This document shows positions 63,509-64,000 of a stretch of 64,000 nt of DNA, piece by piece. Position 1 is the first letter of the stretch; the number at the start of each line of letters is the position of its first letter. Both the position numbers and the translations under genes were made by a program. Source of the DNA: Thermoproteota archaeon (GTDB taxonomy: Archaea; Thermoproteota; Bathyarchaeia; Bathyarchaeales; Bathyarchaeaceae); contig JBHORG010000006.1 in assembly GCA_042565955.1 (NCBI GenBank), positions 9,087 to 73,086 of the forward strand, given 5' to 3'. The notes under the pieces are model-generated. The model made no database searches, had not been told where the DNA came from, and worked only from the letters and a program-made list of their open reading frames with translations.

Positions 63509-64000
63509 ATGTCAGAATATAGTAAAAGTGATCCATGTGTGAGGATCATGCAAGAAAAAACTTCGGTGCTAGAAGTTTCAGACCTTCAGGTATCTAGGGC
63601 AAATTCTGTGGTTATCGAAGACGCAAATTTCACAATTCACAAAGGAGACTACGTTGGAATAGTAGGTCCAAATGGTGGAGGCAAAACCACCCTTCTTTTG
63701 GCTCTTCTGAACATACAACCTAAAACTCGGGGAACCATCCGACTTTTTGGTCAAGATATTGAATCATTTTCTAATTGGGAAAAAGTTGCTTATGTTCCTC
63801 AAGATGCCATAAACTTTGACGATCATTTTCCATTGGTAGTGAGAGAACTTGTATCGCTTGGCAGAGTAAACAAGGACAACTTGGGAAGAACATTGAAACG
63901 AAAAGATTGGGAAGCTGTAGATGAAGCACTAGAGTTTATGGGAATATCTGACCTTGCAAACAGAAGGATTGGACAACTGTCTGGAGGTCAAAAACAGCGG
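63509..64000 (+). CDS. metal ABC transporter ATP-binding protein (ZnuC-like), truncated by window end
   Basis: Open to the window edge; GPNGGGKTT Walker A and LSGGQKQR signature at the very end. Not in the track because no stop is present. Confidence 0.85.
   Translation, partial: MSEYSKSDPCVRIMQEKTSVLEVSDLQVSRANSVVIEDANFTIHKGDYVGIVGPNGGGKTTLLLALLNIQPKTRGTIRLFGQDIESFSNWEKVAYVPQDAINFDDHFPLVVRELVSLGRVNKDNLGRTLKRKDWEAVDEALEFMGISDLANRRIGQLSGGQKQR

Overview
This is a low-GC (by eye about 35-40%) archaeal chromosome segment with dense coding on both strands. All calls come from reading the ORF track and the DNA by eye; no database search or folding program was run, so family names rest on recognised motifs.

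The gene content points to a TACK-superphylum archaeon, most plausibly Bathyarchaeia-like. That placement is an inference from CdvA/ESCRT-III/Vps4 occurring together with a five-subunit archaeal CODH/ACS.

Main blocks:
- 0.8-4.4 kb: complete Cdv cell-division locus (ESCRT-III, CdvA, ESCRT-III with winged helix, Vps4).
- 4.9-12.3 kb: housekeeping genes (MobB-like, ASKHA/CitG-like pair, two Lrp/AsnC regulators, nucleotidyltransferase, glutaredoxin plus FTR-rubredoxin fusion).
- 13-17 kb: accessory-looking stretch with a PEF-CTERM-like beta-helix protein, small membrane and zinc proteins, and several unexplained short repeats.
- 17.2-19.4 kb: archaeal CoA genes (PPAT, pantoate kinase).
- 19.9 kb: a 180-aa RpoH/Rpo5 that aligns along its whole length with eukaryotic Rpb5.
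- 22.4-30.1 kb: TBP, then cdhABCDE on the minus strand.
- 30.6-32.7 kb: an unusual radical SAM/SPASM fusion protein.
- 33-36 kb: thymidylate synthase, aSUI1 and TFB.
- 36.3-46.8 kb: an integrase-associated island with a RING-like zinc-finger mini-protein, two tandem paralogous roughly 880-910-aa PQQ-like beta-propeller surface proteins (one with a collagen-like GXY stalk), a frameshifted TrmB-like regulator, duplicated integrase-tail remnants and a tRNA-Gln(CUG).
- 47-60 kb: Alba, aspartate kinase and an aryl/branched-chain amino-acid cluster (Liv-type ABC transporter, IorAB, PaaK, ACT protein, PaaI thioesterase).
- 60.9-64 kb: a GTPase-degenerate EF-Tu-like protein, then NikR and a TroA/ZnuA-type metal ABC transporter that is truncated at the window end.

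Three genes look disrupted: mntP, mgsA and the TrmB-like regulator. No CRISPR array and no rRNA were seen.
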